Shown here: piece after piece, positions 8,934 through 16,207 of the stretch
Layout: every line of letters starts with the position of its first letter
Numbering within the stretch: position 1 is the stretch's first letter
DNA from: a virus
Direction: 5' to 3' (one strand)
Length of the DNA: 42,056 nt
Virus genome (UHGV): UHGV-0374040
Position numbers and translations under genes: made by a program
The notes under the pieces: model-generated
The model's input: only the letters and a program-made list of their open reading frames with translations
The model's database searches: none
Told to the model about the DNA's origin: nothing

Positions 8934-9117
8934 AAAAGCTTTATATCAAGCGATTTTTAAGGTAGTAATCAACCTTTGTAGCAATCAAATCGATCTAAAT
9001 AAACCCGTTTTATTACTATATAGCAGAGTATTAATCCTCCTGTTATCGTGATTAAGGCGGGTTTTTCCTTATATCCATATATACTAAGTTTAAAAGGGCG
9101 GGGCAAAAGTGGGGCAA
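8883..9117. repeat. Candidate attP / integrase-binding region: a 21-bp direct repeat GGCGGGGCAAAAG(C/T)GGGGCAA at 8883-8903 and 9097-9117, plus a GGCGGG half-copy at 9054
   Basis: The first copy overlaps the int 3' end and the second lies 214 bp downstream in the int-proximal noncoding region. Confidence 0.35.
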
Positions 9118-9145
9118 CAATCATCATTCTTAAAAGTTTGTTCGC

Positions 9146-9175
9146 TTTACAAACCAGAACAAACGTTCGTATAAT
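9146..9175 (+). promoter_or_regulatory. Near-consensus sigma-A promoter for the plus-strand accessory cassette
   Basis: TTTACA-18nt-TATAAT, followed by RBS GGTGAGGTGAAGG and an ATG at 9194. Confidence 0.5.
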
Positions 9176-9193
9176 ATCGGTGAGGTGAAGGTT

Positions 9194-9592
9194 ATGATTT
9201 ATGATGATGAGTCAGCAGAAAAGCTTTTTTTAGAGGCCAAAAGCGTTTATGAGGATAGGGGCATGTTGAAATGGTTGACAGGATTCTTTTTATCCGATCA
9301 CACTGCAGCAATGCAAAAAGATGTTGCTGAACGATCACGAGTCAATGAAAAAAAGCCACAGATGTACCCTCACGAAATACAACACGTTCTAGAGCATGCT
9401 CGCTTAAAAAGACGCCCTGTCGCAATTCAGCTAGAACAGCTAGATATGGAAGGTAAATATTTAGATGATGTGGTAGGTATGATAAAAGGCTATGACGAAT
9501 TAGGAATCTACATTGATGATCAAAAAGTAGATTACGATGAAATACGACATGTAGAGTTGTACGACTGGCACAAATGGAGTGAGCTGAAATGA
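9194..9592 (+). CDS. Hypothetical accessory (moron) protein
   Basis: About 132 aa. First gene of a four-gene plus-strand cassette between attP and the lysis module. Confidence 0.5.
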   Translation: MIYDDESAEKLFLEAKSVYEDRGMLKWLTGFFLSDHTAAMQKDVAERSRVNEKKPQMYPHEIQHVLEHARLKRRPVAIQLEQLDMEGKYLDDVVGMIKGYDELGIYIDDQKVDYDEIRHVELYDWHKWSELK

Positions 9593-9801
9593 ACCCTATT
9601 TTGCTCTACGAACAAGGCTATATACCTTTTTCTACATTACAAGACTTATTGTGGGATTTTGGACCAAACAGCATTTTTGAAGTCGGTGAAAAGTGTTTTG
9701 AGTTTTACTGCAATAAAGCTAACGGTTTTCACAATTTCGATTTTTATATTCTTAGATATGGGAGTGGTTTAAATGATGAGCGCGAGTGGTATTGTGAGTA
9801 G
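9589..9801 (+). CDS. Hypothetical small protein
   Basis: 70 aa, 4-nt overlap coupling with the upstream gene. Confidence 0.4.
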   Translation: MNPILLYEQGYIPFSTLQDLLWDFGPNSIFEVGEKCFEFYCNKANGFHNFDFYILRYGSGLNDEREWYCE

Positions 9802-10027
9802 TGTAAAGATTTTGAAGTTTTCTGAGCATCCTTTGGTCTATTTTAAGCTAAATGATACCAGTTGTTTGATAGCTAGTCATTCACTAAATTTTCTTGCGGA
9901 TGTTGAAAATGGAATGCGCATTGCTATTTCTGGTGAATACAATAACCGTGGTCAGTTTATCGTTCGAAAGTACGGAGTGATTGGCAAAACAAAAATAATG
10001 ATCGAATTCGAAAGATTATCAGTTTAA
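9773..10027 (+). CDS. Hypothetical small protein
   Basis: 84 aa, overlaps the upstream gene by 29 nt. Confidence 0.35.
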   Translation: MMSASGIVSSVKILKFSEHPLVYFKLNDTSCLIASHSLNFLADVENGMRIAISGEYNNRGQFIVRKYGVIGKTKIMIEFERLSV

Positions 10028-10083
10028 TTTTATATTCTGAATGTTAAAATAATATTGAAATAATTATTTTAACGAAAGAAGGT

Positions 10084-10590
10084 TTGGTTTTGAAAAATCT
10101 AGTAAAATACAGTGCAATCATTTTATGCAGTAGTCTTTTAGGCTGCGTTGCTCTAAATACTGATTATAATATCGGTTCTCAACAACCTAATATAGTTTAT
10201 GCTGCAAAGAAAAAAACATCCCTCAATTCAAATAAATCGATTGAAAAGTACCTAAAAAAGCAAAACAAATCATTGAAGATTTTAGAAGTGAATGGAACTT
10301 ATGCGGAAAAGGGAAATTACACAACGCAGATAACACTTGATGCGAAAGACAATGGAATGAACAATGCAAAAAATCAAGTTATCATGGCTGTCAAAGCATT
10401 AAATAAAAAGAGCGTTAAGAATTTCTCTAACATTGGCATTAGTGTTAAAGCCGATATGACTGACGGAGATAAAGGATACGCAATCAAATCAGACTGGGAC
10501 CCAGAGTTCATAAATTCCAACGATGCAAAAACAGTTCGATTAAAAAATGTCGATCAACGTGCAAAATCGTGGTGGCAATTAGAAAACTAA
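10084..10590 (+). CDS. Secreted lipoprotein (moron)
   Basis: 168 aa with a signal peptide and lipobox (SSLLGC), TTG start with RBS AAAGAAGG, K/N-rich mature part. Followed by a hairpin terminator at ~10607-10648. Confidence 0.55.
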   Translation: MVLKNLVKYSAIILCSSLLGCVALNTDYNIGSQQPNIVYAAKKKTSLNSNKSIEKYLKKQNKSLKILEVNGTYAEKGNYTTQITLDAKDNGMNNAKNQVIMAVKALNKKSVKNFSNIGISVKADMTDGDKGYAIKSDWDPEFINSNDAKTVRLKNVDQRAKSWWQLEN

Positions 10591-10825
10591 TTAAAACCAA
10601 AAAACACCCTCCACAACCAACTAAGGCTGTAGAGGGTGTTTGCTGCATATTAAACCCCACTCCTGTGTCTGGTAGGAATGGGGTAAGAGTGAGATGGGTG
10701 ACATCTCGTGAACTCAGTATAACACAAAAAGTAGCACCCGAATTAACGAGTGCTACTAATCATGAAAAAAATGTTAGGTTGTTAGTAATTAGAGTATACA
10801 ATGTAACGGTTACATATGCAATAGA

Positions 10826-10858
10826 AAAAAGACCTTAGCTCTCGCTAGGGTCTTTAAA
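10826..10858. terminator. Strong bidirectional rho-independent terminator
   Basis: AGACCTTAGC-TCTC-GCTAGGGTCT hairpin (9/10 bp) flanked by an A-run and a T-run, directly after the stop of the minus-strand two-gene cassette. Confidence 0.5.
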
Positions 10859-10860
10859 CT

Positions 10861-11748
10861 TTATGAAATTATCCGTTCTAATACCTCTATCGGTTGAGCT
10901 ACATTTCCTATCCGTTGCAACTCTTGAGTGAATTTTATTTCACCTAGCTCTGAAAAAATATCGTATGATGTAATTCGCTCATCCTTTTGTTTAAGATAAT
11001 CCAACATTTGAATAAGTGAACCGTCTTTATTGCTTTCACTTCTTGATTTATATAGAAGTGTGATTTTATTCGACTCTGTATAGTTCTCAGTAATAAAATT
11101 TATTCTTTCTAACCATTCATATGCAGCTTTTAGCTTCTCTGGAGTAGAGTGAATAAGTTCTATCTTTTCCTCATTAGCGTAACCAAAATCTATTGTATAT
11201 GACTTATTTAATGTCTTGATAGGCTTTATTAATATATTAGATTTAATAATTTTTGAAAGGGATGGGGTACTATCTATTATTTTAGCTGCTTTTTTCTTTA
11301 CAACCATAGAGTTGCTTCCGATCTCTTCATCCAGAAATTTTTTTCCAACATATTCTTCAAGTAAATTTTGATAGAGGATATCTATACTACTAGCTTTTGC
11401 AAAGCGAAGATCAGAGAAAATGAATCCACTAGGCAAATTTTGACTACTAACTTGATTTATAAAGGTTTCTGAAGAAGCATCTAAACCAAACCTAAGCTCA
11501 TTTTCATCAATTGAAGATATGACGTAATTTAATATATCGTGACCAGTTTTATAAGTTTTCTCATCAATTTTCGAATGCCATACAGATTTCAATTTGCTAT
11601 TTTTTGGCTTTAATATACGATATCGAATTTCACCTGTTTCGGGTACATTGAGAATCACTCCTACATTCACAATTTCACCTTTTACGATATCAGATAAATA
11701 CCTAATTATTGAATACCAGACGACTTTTCTTGATCTAAATTCTCCCAA
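10861..11748 (-). CDS. DUF3037-like protein (GExxNxG motif) with a ~170-aa C-terminal extension
   Basis: 295 aa. The N-terminus (WYSIIRYLSDIVKGEIVNVGVILNV) matches my recollection of the DUF3037 signature. It is the second gene of a 43-nt-overlapping operon with the kinase-like gene, and very AT-rich. Confidence 0.55.
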   Translation of the reverse strand: MGEFRSRKVVWYSIIRYLSDIVKGEIVNVGVILNVPETGEIRYRILKPKNSKLKSVWHSKIDEKTYKTGHDILNYVISSIDENELRFGLDASSETFINQVSSQNLPSGFIFSDLRFAKASSIDILYQNLLEEYVGKKFLDEEIGSNSMVVKKKAAKIIDSTPSLSKIIKSNILIKPIKTLNKSYTIDFGYANEEKIELIHSTPEKLKAAYEWLERINFITENYTESNKITLLYKSRSESNKDGSLIQMLDYLKQKDERITSYDIFSELGEIKFTQELQRIGNVAQPIEVLERIIS

Positions 11749-12680
11749 ACTAGTTCACCTCCTGTATGATTAGAAAATAGATTTCCTCGAACCATTTCAA
11801 TTATTATATATCTGACTAGAGAACGTTGTCTACACAAAAACTCTACATAGGTATTCCTTTGTTGGTTTCCCATTACCGTCCATTCATCAGGTATTTCAGA
11901 CATTATTTGAATTAATTGTTCGTCAGTTAAATTTTCAATTCTGTTAATAATTTCGGAAAAAGGATTACTTTGAGTTAAATCTATATTATTTTGCATACCT
12001 TGAAATATAGAGCCTAATGTAAAACCACCTCCATGTTTACGTAGTTCTCCTAAAAACCAGTCGATATATTCAGGATGCTGATTGACTCTCAAAAAATCCA
12101 CTTTTCCTATTTCGAAGTATGGATTCCCAAATGCATGTCCATGATCTATCGCAAATACTTTGCGTTGGCCTTTTTCACACCCAATTAGCAAATTTCCATT
12201 ATTGCAAAACCTATCAGCATTTTGGATAAATAAGTCAAAAGCCATTATATTTGCGTAATCCTGAGAATTACTAACATCCTTGAAGTAGCCAGACCAAGCT
12301 CTTTTTATCCGTGGTAAACCTTTCTCGATAGCTAAACTATAATTATCGGAAATATTATCCTCAACGTCTGGTATTTCTTCGGTTGCGAAGTAAAGGCCCG
12401 GCGTGAATTTTCCGCTGAATCTGAGCTCAGCATTAGCTTCTATAAATTCTTTCTCCAGCTCAATTATGGCAAAATTAGGTATGGGAATAAGCAGTTTTTT
12501 GGCTAGCAAAGAACATAAAAGTTCCTGAAAAAAGACTGCATTTTGTTTTTTTCCATTGACTATTTCAGTTTTCAAATAATACTTTTTCCCATTTTCAGCC
12601 GTTATCTTAACTGGTTTTGACTGTCCAAGTTTTGGACTTGGACTATTCAAATAAGTTTCAGCATAGAATCTATCAACCAT
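11706..12680 (-). CDS. Protein-kinase-fold (HipA/PI3-4K-like) protein
   Basis: 324 aa. It has a catalytic-loop-like FIQNADRFCNNGNLLI, a DFG-like FAIDHGHAFG, and an N-terminal Lys-containing strand (KKYYLK). RBS GGAGG lies 6 nt upstream. Confidence 0.55.
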   Translation of the reverse strand: MVDRFYAETYLNSPSPKLGQSKPVKITAENGKKYYLKTEIVNGKKQNAVFFQELLCSLLAKKLLIPIPNFAIIELEKEFIEANAELRFSGKFTPGLYFATEEIPDVEDNISDNYSLAIEKGLPRIKRAWSGYFKDVSNSQDYANIMAFDLFIQNADRFCNNGNLLIGCEKGQRKVFAIDHGHAFGNPYFEIGKVDFLRVNQHPEYIDWFLGELRKHGGGFTLGSIFQGMQNNIDLTQSNPFSEIINRIENLTDEQLIQIMSEIPDEWTVMGNQQRNTYVEFLCRQRSLVRYIIIEMVRGNLFSNHTGGELVWENLDQEKSSGIQ

Positions 12681-12826
12681 CGATGTTCCTCCATCTCAAT
12701 TATATATCTGCTACATTAATTAAAACAAAACAGGCTTCAGAAAACAAGCGTTTTCCAAAGCCTCAGCAGATATAATCCAGACAGATTACCTATAAAGTGT
12801 ATCAAACTTACGTTCGATTTTCAATA

Positions 12827-12904
12827 ACCATGTACCCTGTAGGACTCGAACCCGCATCTTCCGATATGAACCGGAGTATTCTACCAATTGAACTAGGAAT
12901 ACTC
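12827..12904 (-). other. tRNA-like element / tRNA 3'-fragment (non-canonical)
   Basis: A perfect T-loop GGTTCGAGTCC and a D-loop-like AGTTCAATTGGTAGA are present. No canonical acceptor stem or anticodon stem could be folded by hand. Instead the 5' 8-mer GAGTATTC pairs with GAATACTC. Confidence 0.35.
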
Positions 12905-12932
12905 TTAAATAAGGATTATTATTTTTAAAACG

Positions 12933-13012
12933 TGTTATAATACAGAATAGAACGTCAGATCTTCCCCACAGTCCACTTCCCCAAGTAACTGTATCTGACG
13001 TTCCCTTTTTTT
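12933..13012 (+). ncRNA. Candidate small RNA or terminator: extended -10 promoter, then an 11-bp perfect inverted repeat with a 32-nt loop, then a T-run
   Basis: Extended -10 TGTTATAAT at 12933-12941. Stem GAACGTCAGAT (12950-12960) pairs with ATCTGACGTTC (12993-13003). The loop contains two CTTCCCCA motifs. T7 run at 13006-13012. Confidence 0.3.
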
Positions 13013-13099
13013 ATGGGCGAGTGACTTCCCAATAGAGTAGATGTTACCTAGAAACCGATTTCTTTGCAAATGATACACTCATAAAAAAGTGATACACTA

Positions 13100-13134
13100 C
13101 ACAAAGAAACAACCAGCCCGCACACGACTGGTTG
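13100..13134 (-). terminator. Rho-independent terminator downstream of the endolysin
   Basis: On the minus strand: CAACCAG-11nt-CTGGTTG hairpin followed by TTTCTTTGT. A second small hairpin AAGGTTT-AACGA-AAACCTT lies at 13168-13187. Confidence 0.4.
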
Positions 13135-13229
13135 CCGATCAAGATGAAACTTAGTTATGAAAGAAGTAAGGTTTAACGAAAACCTTATCTATATTTATAC
13201 CTCTGTGCTTGGATTTTTGCAAGCGGATT

Positions 13230-14243
13230 CTAATACTTAAACCCTTTAATGTGTGCCGGATTAATTCCTACATCCTTCGCCTTGCCCATCTCTTGAATTT
13301 CTTTCAATACAATCGGCGCATCATGATCGTTGAATCCTTCACCTTTGATGCGAACATCCCAAGTTCCGTAAGAATTCGCTTCGGCATACGTTTGTTTATC
13401 CAACAATACATCTTTCAGGAAGTTACGCATATGATCTTCCATCTTTTTACTTTGTGCGTCGTTGAGATTCCTAGCCTCAATTTTAATGATAGGTTTATCT
13501 CCATCAACAATCGCAATGTTCTGTTGCATGTATCCAGGATAGTATGTCTTAAGTTCCTGCTTCAAACGATTTACAGCGTTCTCGTACTTCCACTTAGAAT
13601 CACACGAGATTACTAAAGTATAAACCTTGTTCGGCTGCAACACTCGTTTTACTTGATCGCGCAATAAAGTCCAAGCATATTTTGTTTGAATACGCTGAAC
13701 CATTTTAACCGCTTGATCTTTGGACACATTATCAATCGCAATACCGCTCTTGTTTCCTGATGGTTGTGGTGTTGGTGTAGGGTTAGGTTTTGGCGTATTT
13801 CCGCCCTGATTCTTCAACCGATAAGCATAAAAATAAGGACATCCGGCCATTACCCATCGTTGATCATGATTAGCAATAATGGTAGTCATTTTCCAACCAG
13901 TACATTCAATCCAATTTTGATTATCTAGCGCTACACCAGTATGACCCCCGGCACCAGCTGAATAACCCTTCTTACCCCAAATAATTACGTCTCCACGTTG
14001 CATTGGGAAATCTGTATTTTCAGCTATTTTTTCATACCCTAGTTTTATGAGATAATCATGCAATGTTTCAGTACTAGGAATATATCCATAGTTAAATCCG
14101 CCTGATTCTCGTAAAATACGATAGACAGAGCCTGAACAATCGCACGTGCCATCTGTGTAATAACGAGAACCATACATGCTGTAGTAGCAATTATTTACAA
14201 ATTTTTGAACGACGGCTAATCCTTTTTCGATATTAATAGCCAT
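13230..14243 (-). CDS. Endolysin: N-terminal NlpC/P60-CHAP-type peptidase plus C-terminal cell-wall-binding region
   Basis: 337 aa. Cys-His catalytic pair context (TCDCSGSV...GGHTGV). Located immediately after the holin. The C-terminal 160 aa is K-rich and non-catalytic. Confidence 0.8.
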   Translation of the reverse strand: MAINIEKGLAVVQKFVNNCYYSMYGSRYYTDGTCDCSGSVYRILRESGGFNYGYIPSTETLHDYLIKLGYEKIAENTDFPMQRGDVIIWGKKGYSAGAGGHTGVALDNQNWIECTGWKMTTIIANHDQRWVMAGCPYFYAYRLKNQGGNTPKPNPTPTPQPSGNKSGIAIDNVSKDQAVKMVQRIQTKYAWTLLRDQVKRVLQPNKVYTLVISCDSKWKYENAVNRLKQELKTYYPGYMQQNIAIVDGDKPIIKIEARNLNDAQSKKMEDHMRNFLKDVLLDKQTYAEANSYGTWDVRIKGEGFNDHDAPIVLKEIQEMGKAKDVGINPAHIKGFKY

Positions 14244-14359
14244 TATTTTTTCTCCTCTTTTTCTTCTTTAATGTTTTCGATTTCTTTTGGTTGAGGTTGC
14301 AGACCAACATTTTTATCATCTGATTTTTCGTAAAGTTCCTTCGCTTTTTTCATATCCAA
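14244..14359 (-). CDS. Possible small K/E-rich ORF between holin and endolysin (uncertain)
   Basis: About 37 codons. Its stop overlaps the endolysin ATG (TAATG). The only RBS is 10-16 nt away and the sequence is low-complexity, so it could be spurious. Confidence 0.2.
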
Positions 14360-14361
14360 TT

Positions 14362-14745
14362 TTATTTTTCCTCCTTTTCAGACGTATCTTTCAGTTTAGA
14401 AAATCTATCTTTTATCCAATCAGGAAAAGGCACGCCTAGTTGCCCTAAGTTTTCAACAATTGAAATACCATAAACTGCAATGTAGAAGAATACAAAGCTT
14501 GTCGCAATTGCTTCAAATCCCATTATTTTTAAATATGGATAAGCAACAATTACTAAACAAATAACTAATAGATGCTTAACAATTCCTAGTAATCCTTTCG
14601 TACTATTCCCTTCTTTGACAAAAAAACCTTTGCATAATCCAGTTACGATATCCCCAAAAACAAGCCATACAAAAACCTGTAAATATCCATTACTCAACAA
14701 ATTCTTAAATTCATGTAGTAAAACTCCGTTGTCTAAAATCACCAA
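14362..14745 (-). CDS. Holin
   Basis: 127 aa with three predicted TM segments and a charged C-terminal tail (SEKEEK), directly upstream of the endolysin. Confidence 0.75.
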   Translation of the reverse strand: MVILDNGVLLHEFKNLLSNGYLQVFVWLVFGDIVTGLCKGFFVKEGNSTKGLLGIVKHLLVICLVIVAYPYLKIMGFEAIATSFVFFYIAVYGISIVENLGQLGVPFPDWIKDRFSKLKDTSEKEEK

Positions 14746-14770
14746 TTTGTACCACCCTTCCTTAGAAATG

Positions 14771-14800
14771 AAAAGCCTCGTCCGAAAACGAGGCTAAAAA
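14771..14800. terminator. Hairpin GCCTCG-TCCGAAAA-CGAGGC flanked by an A-run and a T-run (bidirectional terminator or attenuator before the lysis cassette)
   Basis: Seen in the sequence between the XkdX-like gene and the holin. Confidence 0.45.
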
Positions 14801-14807
14801 AATAAGC

Positions 14808-14912
14808 CTAAAAGGCTTCTCCAGTAATTCGCTCAAATTGTGCTTCAGTAATGCAGGTAGGAACAAACTCCCTTACTTGCTTCGTAGTGAAGCAGCCCCA
14901 ATCAAACATCAT
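14808..14912 (-). CDS. XkdX-family small protein (below the ORF-track cutoff)
   Basis: 34 aa (MMFDWGCFTTKQVREFVPTCITEAQFERITGEAF). Its size and its position after the fiber/XkdW-like genes fit the XkdX family, as in the PBSX xkdV-xkdW-xkdX-lysis order. Confidence 0.5.
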   Translation of the reverse strand: MMFDWGCFTTKQVREFVPTCITEAQFERITGEAF

Positions 14913-14935
14913 CTTCACGTCAGTATAACTAAACA

Positions 14936-15310
14936 TTATGCAGCACCTCCGATTTGCGTTTTGATAGTTTCAATTTCTTTATTGATTGCCACATCATTCA
15001 ACATTAACTTGGCATTCAATTGCGCCATCGACTCCGTTTTAGCAGTTAGCGCTGCATTGGATTCTTTTAGTGCAGTATTATCGACTTGAAGCCCAGCAGA
15101 AAGGTTTTCCAATAATTCAAGTTTCTTGGAATAATCTTGTGTGACTGCTTCTTCCCATTTATTTTCAGTAAAGTTGAAGAATTGAGATTGATCATTTTTT
15201 AATCCTGCAAGCGGTTTTACCTCCACGAACGGCAAAGCTGTAGGAAAATCAGCTGCTACCTCATGAATTTCAAAACCGATTGGATAAAGAACTTTGTATA
15301 TTTGTTTCAT
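14936..15310 (-). CDS. XkdW-position hypothetical protein
   Basis: 124 aa, between the last fiber gene and the XkdX-like gene. Confidence 0.45.
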   Translation of the reverse strand: MKQIYKVLYPIGFEIHEVAADFPTALPFVEVKPLAGLKNDQSQFFNFTENKWEEAVTQDYSKKLELLENLSAGLQVDNTALKESNAALTAKTESMAQLNAKLMLNDVAINKEIETIKTQIGGAA

Positions 15311-15322
15311 TGATTATTCCCC

Positions 15323-15844
15323 CTATAATTTATTTTTGGCTAAGTACGTGACTGTTCCAGCGTACCAGGTATCTTTTGTTAGAGTAGAATGCGCGGTTAA
15401 AGTCGCACCGCTTGCAGTGATTTTAACCAAACTTGTAGTTCCACCAGTATTAGTCAAACCAAAATACTGACCTTCCGAAGTATCTGCTTGAAAGTCTGCT
15501 GCGATCCCCCAAATGATCGATTGATCTTTTGCAAAATCTTTGTCTGCTCGCGTTTTGAAGTTAAATACTACTTGAACCACATCGCCGTAGCGCACAAAGG
15601 TAATATATCCACTCGTAATTTCAGTTGGAAAATCTGCGTTGGAATATTTTATAGTAACTACCCCTTTATGAGTAAGAACATTATTCCCTTTTGACTTTAC
15701 GCCGTCTTGAAAATCCTTTATTCCAAGAACAGTTTCATTTCCGATTGCCTTAACCAATTTTCCATCAACACCGTCAATTGCATTGGCATGAGTTTTAAGA
15801 TATTTAGGTACTCCATCTTCTTTTAGTTGTACAATATCTGCCAT
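15323..15844 (-). CDS. Tail fiber / receptor-binding protein (distal)
   Basis: 173 aa. Its N-terminus (MADIVQLKEDG...THANAIDG) is paralogous to the upstream fiber N-termini. Beta-rich C-terminal domain. Confidence 0.55.
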   Translation of the reverse strand: MADIVQLKEDGVPKYLKTHANAIDGVDGKLVKAIGNETVLGIKDFQDGVKSKGNNVLTHKGVVTIKYSNADFPTEITSGYITFVRYGDVVQVVFNFKTRADKDFAKDQSIIWGIAADFQADTSEGQYFGLTNTGGTTSLVKITASGATLTAHSTLTKDTWYAGTVTYLAKNKL

Positions 15845-16203
15845 TAAACTTCGCCTACTTTCTCAAATGTAATATTGTTTAATCCGTCTAACTTAGTCTT
15901 ATCCGCAGCCGACATCAGTCCATTTGTTGAAGTTGTCGCAACAGCAGTCGTAGTAGCATTTGTTCCAGGATCACCCTTGTCACCTTTTGGAAGAACAAAG
16001 TTGAATTTTGCAGCTGAAGTCGTACCTGCATTGGTAACTGAAGCAGTCGTTCCACTTGTTACGGTTCCTACTGTTATTGTGGCGGCGTTTCCCGGATCAC
16101 CTTTATCTCCTTTGAGTAATGTGGGTTTGCCTTCGATTGCCTCCCAATGTGATTGAGGATAGACCTGCGCCCCATCCTGTTTCACTTTTACAATATCTGT
16201 CAT
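15844..16203 (-). CDS. Collagen-like tail fiber protein
   Basis: 119 aa with two KGDKGDPG collagen-like repeats and a T/A/S-rich region. The C-terminus is ITFEKVGEV. Confidence 0.6.
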   Translation of the reverse strand: MTDIVKVKQDGAQVYPQSHWEAIEGKPTLLKGDKGDPGNAATITVGTVTSGTTASVTNAGTTSAAKFNFVLPKGDKGDPGTNATTTAVATTSTNGLMSAADKTKLDGLNNITFEKVGEV

Positions 16204-16207
16204 TTAT

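Noticed and set aside
10569-10838. 89-aa plus-strand ORF after the lipoprotein gene
   Set aside because: It overlaps the lipoprotein stop and terminator hairpins, has no RBS, and spans two terminator structures. It is likely non-coding.
12827-12904. Calling this a functional tRNA gene
   Set aside because: Only the T-arm and a D-loop-like motif are intact. The acceptor stem and a 5-bp anticodon stem cannot be formed by hand folding. It is reported as a tRNA-like fragment instead.
9185-12905. Interpreting 9.2-12.9 kb as host chromosome separating two different prophages
   Set aside because: Early-gene polarity and module order are continuous across the window ends. Both flanking segments would have to be truncated prophages ending exactly at the window limits. 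The region is better explained as an att-proximal moron block, although this cannot be excluded without flanking sequence.
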